DNA of 64,000 bases. Source: a virus (taxonomy: Duplodnaviria > Caudoviricetes). Of this stretch, positions 1 to 9,613 are shown piece by piece. Position 1 is the stretch's first letter, and every line of letters starts with the position of its first letter. The translations under genes and the position numbers were made by a program. The stretch is from the IMG/VR virus record IMGVR_UViG_3300029288_000119, positions 29,503 to 93,502 of that record, one strand, 5' to 3'. The notes under the pieces are model-generated. The model was not told where the DNA came from. It saw only the letters and a program-made list of their open reading frames with translations, and searched no databases.

Positions 1-55
1 ATATTATATCATCTTACCATGCTATTGTAATTCTTAGGTTTCATAATTATTAATC

Positions 56-85
56 TTGACTAATACATACTTTTCATGATATAAT
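56..85 (+). promoter_or_regulatory. sigma70-type promoter (TTGACT-N18-TATAAT, extended -10 TG), probably leaderless
   Basis: TTGACT 56-61, TGATATAAT 77-85; ATG at 92 is 6 nt downstream, with no SD. Confidence 0.65.
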
Positions 86-91
86 CGGGGT

Positions 92-1510
92 ATGAAGTCA
101 AAGGAATGGTTTTCTGTTGATAAAGACGGACTCGCTAAGATCCTGTCGCGGAAAGGCATCGAATTCGCTCTGTTTGAATTAATTCAAAATGCTTGGGATC
201 AGGATGTTACCAAAGTTTCCGTTTCCCTTCGTCCCGAAAAAAATGGCAAGGTAATCATTACTGTTGCCGATGATGATCCCGCTGGTTTTTGCGATCTAAC
301 ACATGCTTATACTTTGTTTGCGGAATCGGTTAAAAAGTCCGACCCTCTGAAAAGAGGAAAATTCAACCTCGGAGAAAAGTTGGTTTTTGCTCTTGCAGAA
401 TCAGCTACTGTTATGACCACGACTGGTTCTGTTGAATTCAACAAAAATGGTAGATACAATTCTTCTGTAAAAACCGATACTGGATCAATTATTACCGTCC
501 TACTGAAGATGTCTATCGAGGAAATTGATCGAATTAATTCCAAAATTAATACGCTTATTCCTCCTGTGATTACATACTTCAATGAGACAGAAGTTCCAAA
601 GCGGGTTCCTGTTGCCACATTTGATGCTGTACTTGATACTGAAATCTCCAATAAAGATGGTTACTTGAAAAAGAGTCCAAGGAAAACAACTATCAATGTT
701 TATGAACCCAAAAATGGTGAAACTGGAACTTTATATGAAATGGGAATCCCGGTTGTAGAAACCAGGGATAAGTGGCATTACGATATTCAGCAGAAAATTC
801 CGTTAAATCTTGATAGGGATAATGTACCACCTCAATATCTTCGAACTCTCCGAACTTTGGCATTTAATGCATTGTTTGATAAAACCACCAAGGAAGATGC
901 AAACAATTCATGGGTTCGCGATGCTCTGTCGGATTCTAGGTGTTCTGATGATGCTGTAAAGGCTGCAATCAAAAACCGATTTGGTGAAAAGGTCGTTATT
1001 TATGACAGCAGTGACCCGGAAGCAAATAAGATTGCAGTAAGTAGAGGATATACAATTATTCATGGTGGCCATTTAAGTGCAAATGAATGGGAGAATGTTC
1101 ATCGATCTAATGCTGTTCTACCAGCAGGCAAAGTAACCCCAAGTCCAAAGCCCTATAGTGAGAATGGAGATCCCCTTACCATTATTCCACGCGAAAAGTG
1201 GACCCAACCAATGTGTCAGGTCGAATCTTTTGCCATTGATATGGCACGATATCTATTTGGCCATTCAATTGTAGTGTTATGGGTAAACGAATTCTCGTGG
1301 AATTTTGCCGCAACATATGGTAATGATGAACTGACACTTAATAAGTGCAAAATTCCACAATCATTCTATAAGGATGAAATTACGACAGATATGCTAAGCT
1401 TGTTAATTCACGAATTTGGACATGAACATTCGTCAGACCACTTATCGTCACAATACCACAAAGCACTATGTAATATTGGTGCAAAAATGTTCATGTGGAA
1501 ACGCAATTAA
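92..1510 (+). CDS. GHKL (HATPase/MORC-like) ATPase fused to a C-terminal HExxH metallopeptidase-like domain
   Basis: N-box ELIQNAWD, G1 DDDPAGF, G2 RGKFNLGEK, G3 TGSIITV; C-terminal LIHEFGHEHSSDH. Confidence 0.75.
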   Translation: MKSKEWFSVDKDGLAKILSRKGIEFALFELIQNAWDQDVTKVSVSLRPEKNGKVIITVADDDPAGFCDLTHAYTLFAESVKKSDPLKRGKFNLGEKLVFALAESATVMTTTGSVEFNKNGRYNSSVKTDTGSIITVLLKMSIEEIDRINSKINTLIPPVITYFNETEVPKRVPVATFDAVLDTEISNKDGYLKKSPRKTTINVYEPKNGETGTLYEMGIPVVETRDKWHYDIQQKIPLNLDRDNVPPQYLRTLRTLAFNALFDKTTKEDANNSWVRDALSDSRCSDDAVKAAIKNRFGEKVVIYDSSDPEANKIAVSRGYTIIHGGHLSANEWENVHRSNAVLPAGKVTPSPKPYSENGDPLTIIPREKWTQPMCQVESFAIDMARYLFGHSIVVLWVNEFSWNFAATYGNDELTLNKCKIPQSFYKDEITTDMLSLLIHEFGHEHSSDHLSSQYHKALCNIGAKMFMWKRN

Positions 1511-1836
1511 GTTACAATTCCTGATATTTTCTTTAATTTCTCAACCATTATTGGATCAATGTTTGTAGTAATTGGAGATTTTTCGCGCATATTCATATCA
1601 TAAATTTGTTTTTCTTCATCAGTTGGTGGTCTAATTGGGATCATGCTCATATTCTCAATTTTTATATTCGGAACTTCATTCATAATTGGTACAAACATCA
1701 TACCACCATCTTGTCCTCTAGCTGGAAGGGGAATGACTTCAAATGCATCTTTAATACAATTATTGTGTTCTGTACTTTCTCTTACTCCAATAATTTTCTG
1801 ACCAAATAAATAAAATATCTCAATTTTTTCTGACAT
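1507..1836 (-). CDS. hypothetical protein
   Basis: 109 aa ORF with AAGGA SD, convergent with the GHKL gene. Confidence 0.6.
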   Translation of the reverse strand: MSEKIEIFYLFGQKIIGVRESTEHNNCIKDAFEVIPLPARGQDGGMMFVPIMNEVPNIKIENMSMIPIRPPTDEEKQIYDMNMREKSPITTNIDPIMVEKLKKISGIVT

Positions 1837-1852
1837 TTTTTAGTCCTTTCTT

Positions 1853-2026
1853 TTATTCATATGCATTAATACCAATTTTTATTTGTGGATATCCATCCAC
1901 CGCTACGTTTCCTTCTGTCGAAGCCACAATTTTTGTTTTACCAGATTTAGATTTGCCAAATCTTTTAGTCAAATCAATTTCAATTACTAGAATATGATCT
2001 TTACGTTTCATTGTTATGTTTTTCAT
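1853..2026 (-). CDS. small conserved-looking hypothetical protein (beta-rich, SKSGKT motif)
   Basis: Start refined to ATG 2026, which overlaps the upstream TAA (TAATG); LVIEIDL..GKSKSGKTKIVAST.GN. Confidence 0.6.
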   Translation of the reverse strand: MKNITMKRKDHILVIEIDLTKRFGKSKSGKTKIVASTEGNVAVDGYPQIKIGINAYE

Positions 2027-3285
2027 TAGATTATGTGTGTTCTCCAGGGTTTCCAATGATCATATGGTGGCTTCCCATAGCTTTGAATAACTTCTTGAAT
2101 TTTCTCATCCCAGGTCGAAATCATTTTATCAAAATTAAAATGTTGTACTGTCCATTCGCGGGCAATTTGACCACGCCGTCTACATTCTTCACGACCCAAT
2201 TTATAAAAATATTCAAGAGATTCAACAACCTGTTCATGTGATACTCTATCTTCAGCAATTGTGTGAATTTGTTGTGATCCTACATATGTTATTACTGCTG
2301 GTTCTAATGAAATTCCCCAACGATCCTCTTCTTTCATTTCCGGATCAATTTGATCTTGAAGACCACCAGTTTTATTATTGATAGTGCAACATCCGGCATT
2401 TCTTGCTTCTAATGCGCTTAGTCCAAAGCCCTCTGCATAGGCGATGTTTAGTGTTACATCAGCTATATTATATAAAATATTCAACTTTTCTGGCGGTATT
2501 TTATCAGTAGAAAACATAACACAATCCTGAGCATTAAATTCATTCATAACTTCTACGAGATTTGGTCCCTCCTGATCACCAGGATTACAATGCATAATGA
2601 GTTTTATTTTTCCAGGATATTTATCGGCCAGCATTTTTGTTGCATAAATAACATCTGATGGATTTTTTCTTCTTGCATTTCTATTGTTCCAAAATATAAC
2701 AAATCTGTCAACATTATCTTTCCCGAGAAGCATCTCTTTGTGTTTTATAATTTCCGCTTCCGACAATGGTTTAAACAGATCGTGTGGAACGGCATGTGGA
2801 ATATATGCGGATCTAGTTTCATGTCCAAGTTTGGTAACACAATTGTGGGTCAATTTCGAAATGCAACCAAGGAACGTTGTCGATCTATAAAAATCATTAT
2901 TAAATTTTGGTGGCGGATAATTGTCCCATATGTGATTATAAATTATCGGACATTGATTGAGAATTTCATCGGACATTTCATATAGCCAAACCCAAAAGCG
3001 AGGATCTGTAAAAATAAAAAGTGCATCTGGTTTTTCGCTATCAATTAACATTCTAAGAAACATCTTGTCGCCGAAACCATCTTTGGGAAATATTACACAA
3101 TCATCACCCCATGGGTCTACTTTTATGGGGGTATAGTTAGGATGCTTTACTGCCCCTCCGACCATGCGAAGGGTATATCGTCCGGTGCGTAGTAGCCCTT
3201 CAGCGATATAGCGCATTTGTGTACCGACTCCTGACGGCACAAGCATAATATCACTTAAACACACCAACTTAGTTTTTTGTGTCAT
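2026..3285 (-). CDS. GT-B glycosyltransferase (GT4-like)
   Basis: PSGVGTQ N-terminal motif, NRNARRKN, AEGFGLSALEARNAG (EX7E), GGLQDQ. Confidence 0.85.
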   Translation of the reverse strand: MTQKTKLVCLSDIMLVPSGVGTQMRYIAEGLLRTGRYTLRMVGGAVKHPNYTPIKVDPWGDDCVIFPKDGFGDKMFLRMLIDSEKPDALFIFTDPRFWVWLYEMSDEILNQCPIIYNHIWDNYPPPKFNNDFYRSTTFLGCISKLTHNCVTKLGHETRSAYIPHAVPHDLFKPLSEAEIIKHKEMLLGKDNVDRFVIFWNNRNARRKNPSDVIYATKMLADKYPGKIKLIMHCNPGDQEGPNLVEVMNEFNAQDCVMFSTDKIPPEKLNILYNIADVTLNIAYAEGFGLSALEARNAGCCTINNKTGGLQDQIDPEMKEEDRWGISLEPAVITYVGSQQIHTIAEDRVSHEQVVESLEYFYKLGREECRRRGQIAREWTVQHFNFDKMISTWDEKIQEVIQSYGKPPYDHWKPWRTHII

Positions 3286-3354
3286 TCTGACTCCTTATCA
3301 TTTTATAACACGAAGCGAAGTAGTTTTCGTCTAGTTGATACTTTCTGGCCAAAA

Positions 3355-4125
3355 TTATTCTTTCGTTTCCATTTCATCCGTTTCATTTAGTACGTTGTCG
3401 ATCTCTTTTGTAACATCATCTATGGCTGGTTGTGCTATTTCTGTTTCCGTAACAATGGGTAGTGTTAATTGTTTCTCCGACCTTTTAATGTGGTATTTAA
3501 TCGTTGGAATAGATACACCAAATTTCTTGGCAATAGATTTATACGATTCTCCCCCCTCCCTGGATTTTATAATTTCGGTTATCTGCTCTTTTGTTAATTT
3601 TCCATTTTGAGTTGCCATTTTTTCTATTATCTCCTTTTCATCACACATTGTAATATCCTCATTCAAAATTGTTATTTCATTATTTATATAACTTTTTATT
3701 ATTTTTGCTACCAACATTTTTAAATCTTTGGAATCTAGCTGTTCACCTACAGTTTTCTGTAAATCAATAAGTGATTGTTGAAATTCCGAATCGACATACA
3801 ATTCATCAATAGATAATTGTTCTTTCTGTTTAAAAGATGGTGGGGGAGGTTTATAATCATGTATATACTTACCTATTGTTTGTGGACATGAATTATATTC
3901 TTTGGACAATTCCCTAATACCGGCTCCATTCCTAAATTTTTCACTAATTTCTCGTATCTGCTGTTCATCAAACCTAGGGGGAAGATCAGTATTTTCTCCA
4001 GCCGCAAACAATTTTGCCACAATCGCAGATTTATTTACATTATATAAATCAACCAATTCAGGAATACCCGTTCCTTTCCTGAACCTTTCAATTAGTTCAT
4101 CCCACTGTTGTTCTGTCAGCGCCAC
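3355..4125 (-). CDS. multi-HTH DNA-binding protein
   Basis: Three repeats: FRKGTGIPELVDLYNV, FRNGAGIRELSKEYNS, REGGESYKSIAKKFGVSIPTI. Confidence 0.65.
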   Translation of the reverse strand: MALTEQQWDELIERFRKGTGIPELVDLYNVNKSAIVAKLFAAGENTDLPPRFDEQQIREISEKFRNGAGIRELSKEYNSCPQTIGKYIHDYKPPPPSFKQKEQLSIDELYVDSEFQQSLIDLQKTVGEQLDSKDLKMLVAKIIKSYINNEITILNEDITMCDEKEIIEKMATQNGKLTKEQITEIIKSREGGESYKSIAKKFGVSIPTIKYHIKRSEKQLTLPIVTETEIAQPAIDDVTKEIDNVLNETDEMETKE

Positions 4126-4161
4126 CTAAGAATTATATATGAACATTCAAAAATTGTAATT

Positions 4162-4434
4162 TTACCACAACATAGAAACGATTTTTTCGCCAAGTTTTTT
4201 ATCAAGATATTCAACAATCGTATTTATGTCTTCTTCCGACATATCATGCATCTTAACAGACAAATCCGTCATTATTTGTTCAATTTTACCAATTATTTGT
4301 TCAGCAATTTCTTCCGGTTCGAGCATAGACACAGTTTCCTCATATTCATTTAATTGTTTTTTCTCAGTCATTGACTTTTTATTTTCTAACAATTTTTTAA
4401 CTTCACTAAGTTTCGTTCTATAAATTTTCGTCAT
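4162..4434 (-). CDS. small acidic protein with KIYRxxLxE leader (putative head-internal protein)
   Basis: MTKIYRTKLSEVKKLLE leader shared with 46366 and 63430; ATAATTA upstream. Confidence 0.6.
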   Translation of the reverse strand: MTKIYRTKLSEVKKLLENKKSMTEKKQLNEYEETVSMLEPEEIAEQIIGKIEQIMTDLSVKMHDMSEEDINTIVEYLDKKLGEKIVSMLW

Positions 4435-4496
4435 TATCTTACCTTTCTATACATTTTATTACATCCCTGTTATAATTATAATCTATATGGTAAATT

Positions 4497-4907
4497 ATGC
4501 CTAAATTTTTATTTGGAAAACCTACTTCTATTGAGCGTAAAGTTACCAAGTTAGTTAGAAAATTGTCCAAGGAATATAATTTTGCATATAGATTAAATCA
4601 TAGTATTAAAGGTGGTTATAACGTAGATATATTTATACCATCATTTAATTTTGTCATAGAATTACAGGGTGGATACTATCACGCCGATCCAAGAATCTAT
4701 GAGGGCAAGAAACTAAATGAAATGCAATTACATAATGTATCTCGTGATAAAAGAAAAAGAATATTTTTAGACCAATTATACAATTATATTATTTGGTGGG
4801 AAACCGAAATAAATCAAAAAAATTTCGGCAAAGAATTTAACAAAATAATGAGAGAAGCACTGAAAGAAATTTCATTGGGGAATAAATATCAGAAGGAATT
4901 TATTTAG
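4497..4907 (+). CDS. Vsr/DUF559-like endonuclease
   Basis: TSIE..VDIFIP..VIELQGGYYHADP..RDKRK..IIWWETEI. Confidence 0.7.
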   Translation: MPKFLFGKPTSIERKVTKLVRKLSKEYNFAYRLNHSIKGGYNVDIFIPSFNFVIELQGGYYHADPRIYEGKKLNEMQLHNVSRDKRKRIFLDQLYNYIIWWETEINQKNFGKEFNKIMREALKEISLGNKYQKEFI

Positions 4908-6034
4908 GGTGCCCAATTCCATGCTGCCTCATCACCCTTTACATATTTCTCATAAAACTCTTTGCGTTTGCGTTCATATTCCTTCGTACCACGACGAGTT
5001 TTTCCACCAAACCATTTTACATAATTGTCAATAACGATTTCTGCTGCTTTACCGCGTGGAATTTGTCCTTTTGCCAATTGATCGGTTAGTTGTTGTAAAA
5101 ATCCAGCAAATCCACCACGTTCATCATCATAAAAATTTTGTGATTGCTCCCACTCTTTTGTGGATTGTACCCTTTCTCTCATAAATTCAATGAGTGGTGC
5201 AAAACGAGCAATTCGTGCTTCTTCACTAGATTTTTCTTTATTCATTTCATCGGACAAGTTGTTTTTAATGAATTCACGTGCCGCTCGTTGCAACATTTCT
5301 CCCTGTTTGTCTTCCCGATTTGTCCATCCGCCGCCGGGTTTATACCCCCTGTCACTATTATCAAGATTTGCAAGCCACTTAATATATCCAATATTTGCTT
5401 TGGCAATGTTCGAAAGCTTCTGTCCTTTATATTTGCCGAATGGGACAACCGCATCACCAATTAATGATTCTTCTTGTGCCTTAATTTCGGAAGCCATTAA
5501 TGTTTTAAGATATTCAACAAATTTCTTTACTTCATAACTTCCAGAAGTAATATGTGTTGCAAGATAGACTAAATAGGAAGGGTCGTTTTCTTTTACCCAT
5601 CCAATTGTTTTCCCTGCATGTTTTTTACCAACGAGCATTGGAGTATTTTCATCGAAAACAATATGTCTACCACCAGTATTGGGATCCAGATCAACATTAT
5701 AATCTGGAATATAAATTTTTGTTATCTCTAATTTTTGCAACATACCTGGAAGTTTTCTTAACACTTCTTCCCATGATTTGGCAATGTTTGCAATCCATGC
5801 CGATCTTCTATTATACCCCACAGACCTTTGTCCCAATGCGTTTGGTTCTCCCTCTTGGTATGCTTCCATCCAATCTGATCTCAGCGTATATAATTTTTTT
5901 CCAGCACCATAGGAAATCCAAGTTCCACCTTTTTCATCGAATTCTTTTTCCGGAATAAGAGAAATACCAGCATCAGCAAGTCGTTTTCCCAATTCTTCAC
6001 TTGCCTCATTTAAGATATTAGAGAATTTAATCAT
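4904..6034 (-). CDS. leader-bearing protein with two DUF3820-like (FGKYKG..Y..WL) repeats
   Basis: MIKFSNILNE leader; VGKKHAGKTIGWVKENDPSYLVYL and PFGKYKGQKLSNIAKANIGYIKWL. Confidence 0.6.
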   Translation of the reverse strand: MIKFSNILNEASEELGKRLADAGISLIPEKEFDEKGGTWISYGAGKKLYTLRSDWMEAYQEGEPNALGQRSVGYNRRSAWIANIAKSWEEVLRKLPGMLQKLEITKIYIPDYNVDLDPNTGGRHIVFDENTPMLVGKKHAGKTIGWVKENDPSYLVYLATHITSGSYEVKKFVEYLKTLMASEIKAQEESLIGDAVVPFGKYKGQKLSNIAKANIGYIKWLANLDNSDRGYKPGGGWTNREDKQGEMLQRAAREFIKNNLSDEMNKEKSSEEARIARFAPLIEFMRERVQSTKEWEQSQNFYDDERGGFAGFLQQLTDQLAKGQIPRGKAAEIVIDNYVKWFGGKTRRGTKEYERKRKEFYEKYVKGDEAAWNWAP

Positions 6035-6423
6035 ATTTTCCTCTTTGTTATAAATTCATCAACTTCCTGTTTCCAATCTCTTAGGGAATTGAAATTACTT
6101 AACCGAAATCCCAATCGGCCCAATGATTCACCGCCCAACCAGCCCACAAATCTCGATTGAAACCTGCCGGAATCAAAACCAACTGTGAAACCTTTATAAT
6201 AATATGTTGGTGAGTCATAATGTCTATTTGTGCCACCAATTCTGAGAATATCATTCATATAGCTATATTTTTCACCATCTAATGAAATTTCATCAATAAC
6301 TTGCTGTCTGTGCTCTTTACTTACATGTTTATTTATCGCATCAAGAATTTTCTGTGGAATTGGAATTCTTTCATCTTCATCAGCAGCTTCTACGTTTTCA
6401 ATTATTTCTTTTAGTTTAATCAT
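6031..6423 (-). CDS. leader-bearing hypothetical protein (putative head-internal)
   Basis: MIKLKEIIE leader; ATGA coupling with neighbours. Confidence 0.6.
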   Translation of the reverse strand: MIKLKEIIENVEAADEDERIPIPQKILDAINKHVSKEHRQQVIDEISLDGEKYSYMNDILRIGGTNRHYDSPTYYYKGFTVGFDSGRFQSRFVGWLGGESLGRLGFRLSNFNSLRDWKQEVDEFITKRKI

Positions 6424-7595
6424 TCATTTTCTTTCGCCCATACTTCATTCATCGTTTTTTCTGATACGAATTTCATGAATTTTTCATTTTTAAAGGTTAC
6501 ATTATGAAAAGTAATTGGAAATTGATTAAAAGCCAAACCACGAGGAGACACATTGATTGTGATGTCGTTTCTTGTTGTAAAACCAGTATTGTCAGAAAAT
6601 TTAAATTTCATAATACCACTAAAACTAACTCCAAATGATCCATTAACAGTTTTATCTGTTACTGTAATTCCATTTTTTGTCTTTTCGCCAATAACGGCAG
6701 TTAATTTTTTCATGTTGTTAATTACAAATGCATTGGCTGCATCATCTGCTTGTTGTGTTGCAAATTTTTCAATTTTTTCATTCGCATCGCTACGATATTT
6801 GATTTTAACAAGCCGTCCATTTTTATGCCACTTATAATCCCATGGATCACGTTCTTCATTAAATTCAAGTAATGAATCAATAAGACTTGACAACGGAGAG
6901 TGTTTAAAAAATGTTCCTGGTGATGCTGTTTCAATTGTTCGTTCATTCATAAATCGATTGGTCATCTTCGTGACCATATTAATATAACTTGTTTTTAATT
7001 CTTCTTTATGTTTCTGAATCAAATTGTCGAGTAACAACCTAATTTCGCCGAGAACATTCATAGATTGGCGTGGAGGTTGATAAATTGGTTTTGGTGGTTT
7101 TGTAGGATCTAGTCTTCTTCCCTTAGTAATAAATGGTTTTACATCGTCAAAGAGATCTTTAATAACCTTCCACGATTTATAAAGTTCAAGATACTTTTCA
7201 ATTATCTTGTTGCCCTTACCATCGCCTTTATTGATACCAAGGTATAATTCCGCTATATGGATTAATTTATTGATCGATTGAAAAGTCTGAAACGTGCCAC
7301 CAAATAACTCACGTTGAGCACGATGTATTGAATCTTCTGGAACTCCCACATATTTGGCAGTGGATTTAGTAAAATCATCGCCGGGTAATCGTTCGCCACG
7401 ATGATAAGATACAGAACCGATTTCATCAAAATTTCTGCTAAGGGCAAATTTGGCTTCTTTGAAATCTACATTCCAAATAAATTTCTTTTCTTTAGCATTC
7501 CATAAAAGATCGACCCATTTTTTGTTTCTCTCTTCAAGAAAAAGGGGGTATTTATTTTCGATTTGTTCTTTAAGAATATTAGAAAATTTGAGCAT
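6420..7595 (-). CDS. leader-bearing hypothetical protein (putative head-internal)
   Basis: MLKFSNILKE leader; ATAATTA-N4-ATG upstream. Confidence 0.6.
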   Translation of the reverse strand: MLKFSNILKEQIENKYPLFLEERNKKWVDLLWNAKEKKFIWNVDFKEAKFALSRNFDEIGSVSYHRGERLPGDDFTKSTAKYVGVPEDSIHRAQRELFGGTFQTFQSINKLIHIAELYLGINKGDGKGNKIIEKYLELYKSWKVIKDLFDDVKPFITKGRRLDPTKPPKPIYQPPRQSMNVLGEIRLLLDNLIQKHKEELKTSYINMVTKMTNRFMNERTIETASPGTFFKHSPLSSLIDSLLEFNEERDPWDYKWHKNGRLVKIKYRSDANEKIEKFATQQADDAANAFVINNMKKLTAVIGEKTKNGITVTDKTVNGSFGVSFSGIMKFKFSDNTGFTTRNDITINVSPRGLAFNQFPITFHNVTFKNEKFMKFVSEKTMNEVWAKENE

Positions 7596-7634
7596 ACTTT
7601 AATTATATCATCCGGTGATTCATTCGTCAATATG

Positions 7635-7664
7635 TTGACAAGAGTATCACAATTGTGGTATTGT
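7635..7664 (+). promoter_or_regulatory. sigma70-type early promoter TTGACA-N18-TATTGT
   Basis: Perfect -35 at 7635-7640 and TG-extended -10 at 7659-7664, upstream of a plus-strand gene pair. Confidence 0.55.
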
Positions 7665-7686
7665 TTATTTGAAAGGATAGGGGATA

Positions 7687-8058
7687 ATGTCACGACATCA
7701 AGGTCAAACCAGCGTTGAAATCTCAACAACTGTTAATCTTACCGATGATAAGGGTAATGAAACCGAAACCGATGTGGAAGTAACCGTCAAGGCGTATGTG
7801 TCGCCACCAGTAAGACCGACAATTCGAATGGATCCGGACGATTGTGACTCTGGAGATTCGGGAGACTTCGATGTAATTTCGGTGATTCGGGATGATACCG
7901 GGGAGGACATTACCGATAGGGTTGACCACGAACAATTCTGGGACATGGCAGTCGAGGATGTTAAAGCACAGGACGAAACGGCCTACGAAGATGCCATGGA
8001 GGCACGGGCGGAAGCCCGACGTGAACGAGAAGAATACTTTGATGATGGGGAGGATTGA
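7687..8058 (+). CDS. very acidic hypothetical protein
   Basis: 123 aa, D/E-rich, GC higher than flanks, AAGGA/GGGG SD. Confidence 0.6.
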   Translation: MSRHQGQTSVEISTTVNLTDDKGNETETDVEVTVKAYVSPPVRPTIRMDPDDCDSGDSGDFDVISVIRDDTGEDITDRVDHEQFWDMAVEDVKAQDETAYEDAMEARAEARREREEYFDDGED

Positions 8059-8068
8059 TTAAATACCA

Positions 8069-8308
8069 ATGCCGTCACCAATTTGTGTAAAATGTGGCAA
8101 AGAAATGCGTTGTAAGAAGAACTCATTTATCGTAACCAACAAAATCTATGTTTGGTCGGGTGATAAATACCAATGTCCAAAATGCGGTATCGAAGTAGTA
8201 GTTGGATTTGGCACACCGGCAGATCTAAACAATCCGACATCATGGGCCAAAACTGCTCTTAGTAATGCGAAAGCCAATAATTCCTTCGTAGAAGTTGACA
8301 ATCTGTAG
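8069..8308 (+). CDS. zinc-ribbon protein
   Basis: CVKC...CPKC. Confidence 0.6.
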   Translation: MPSPICVKCGKEMRCKKNSFIVTNKIYVWSGDKYQCPKCGIEVVVGFGTPADLNNPTSWAKTALSNAKANNSFVEVDNL

Positions 8309-8321
8309 CTCACACGAACGA

Positions 8322-8767
8322 CTATTCAGTTTCCTCTGGTTTTTTACCACCTAAATAATAAGCTTTCGGTAAGTCTTCGGGACCCCAATCCATAGTTAAA
8401 TATTTACAATAAAAATTACCTATTATCTCACCATCAATCATACGAATGGAATTTGAATTTAACGAGTCATCGACAAATGTGGTATATTCATATTCAGAAT
8501 CTTTTGAATAATCCTCACCACCTAGTTTTGGTGGTGCCTCCTCTTTAGTCATCCCATAATGCTTATAATATTTTTTAAGTTTGAGATCTTCCAAATTTTT
8601 GGCATCTATTTTTACAACGATATATTTTCCCTCTATTCGTGATACTTTAATACGCAAACCAAATTTAACTAAACCTTTGAGTATCTCTTTTTTACAATTT
8701 TTAATACCATTTATGACTTGATCTTCTGATTTCTTAATTCATTTAGTGTGATTCTATAAATCTTCAT
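8322..8767 (-). pseudogene. leader-bearing gene with a -1 frameshift after the leader
   Basis: ATG 8767 gives MKIYRITLNELRNQKIKS* (stop 8711); the -1 frame is open from about 8738 through ORF 8322..8657. Confidence 0.55.
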
Positions 8768-8792
8768 TTTATTATTCTAATTAATTATACAT

Positions 8793-9596
8793 TTAATTTT
8801 TTTGTAGTACATCACACGGACAATGTTCCGTCATATAAAATTCACACCATTTGCATATTTTAGAATTGTGACTTTTGTAAAATTTATTTTTTTCTATCAA
8901 ATTTATATAATGATGTAAATTAAATACCGCTTTTTTAATTGATTCCTGTCCACTAGGAATTCTTTTAACATTTATTGGTAATTTAGTGTCTTTTTTATTC
9001 AAAAATAAATAATCTGTGGTAATTTTTTGTAGATCAACATTGTGTTTTTTCGCCCAAAAATACTTATATAAAAGTGGTTGTGAAATTACTGAAATGTCAC
9101 GCAATTTTTCAAAATCCCAAGTGGCTTTTGATGTCTTAATGTCCCAGATCCGATATTTCCCATTATAATAAAAAACAAGGTCCAAACGGCCACTGAATAG
9201 CCAATTTTCATTAATTTGTTCTTTAATTTCTTCCTCGCATACAACTTGTTCAAGCTTACCAAAATCTATCGCTTCGTAAAAACCACTGTTCTCTATATTA
9301 TCAAAAATATTATGCCCATCTTGTCGTAATTCATCAACCCTAGAAAAATCCTGGGCTGTCAATTTGTCTTTATTATCATTTATGTATTTATCAAATCGAT
9401 TTTCGAATATACTCTTTGCATTAGACAATGATTTGTTTAAAAATGATTGCTGAATGGCATCATGTGCGGCATTACCAAATATTGTATGAATTGATTGTTT
9501 AAATTCGGATAATTTAGCTATATAAACGAGATACCACTTAAAGAAGCATTCGCCAAATGTTGTAATTGCCGATGGGCCTATTTTTCTTGTATCCAT
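8793..9596 (-). CDS. Cas4/RecB-like PD-(D/E)XK exonuclease
   Basis: SAITTFGEC, FGNAAH, GRLDLV..IWDIKTS, Q..LY, C-terminal CKWC..C. Confidence 0.8.
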   Translation of the reverse strand: MDTRKIGPSAITTFGECFFKWYLVYIAKLSEFKQSIHTIFGNAAHDAIQQSFLNKSLSNAKSIFENRFDKYINDNKDKLTAQDFSRVDELRQDGHNIFDNIENSGFYEAIDFGKLEQVVCEEEIKEQINENWLFSGRLDLVFYYNGKYRIWDIKTSKATWDFEKLRDISVISQPLLYKYFWAKKHNVDLQKITTDYLFLNKKDTKLPINVKRIPSGQESIKKAVFNLHHYINLIEKNKFYKSHNSKICKWCEFYMTEHCPCDVLQKN

Positions 9597-9613
9597 CGGG
9601 ATATTATATCATA

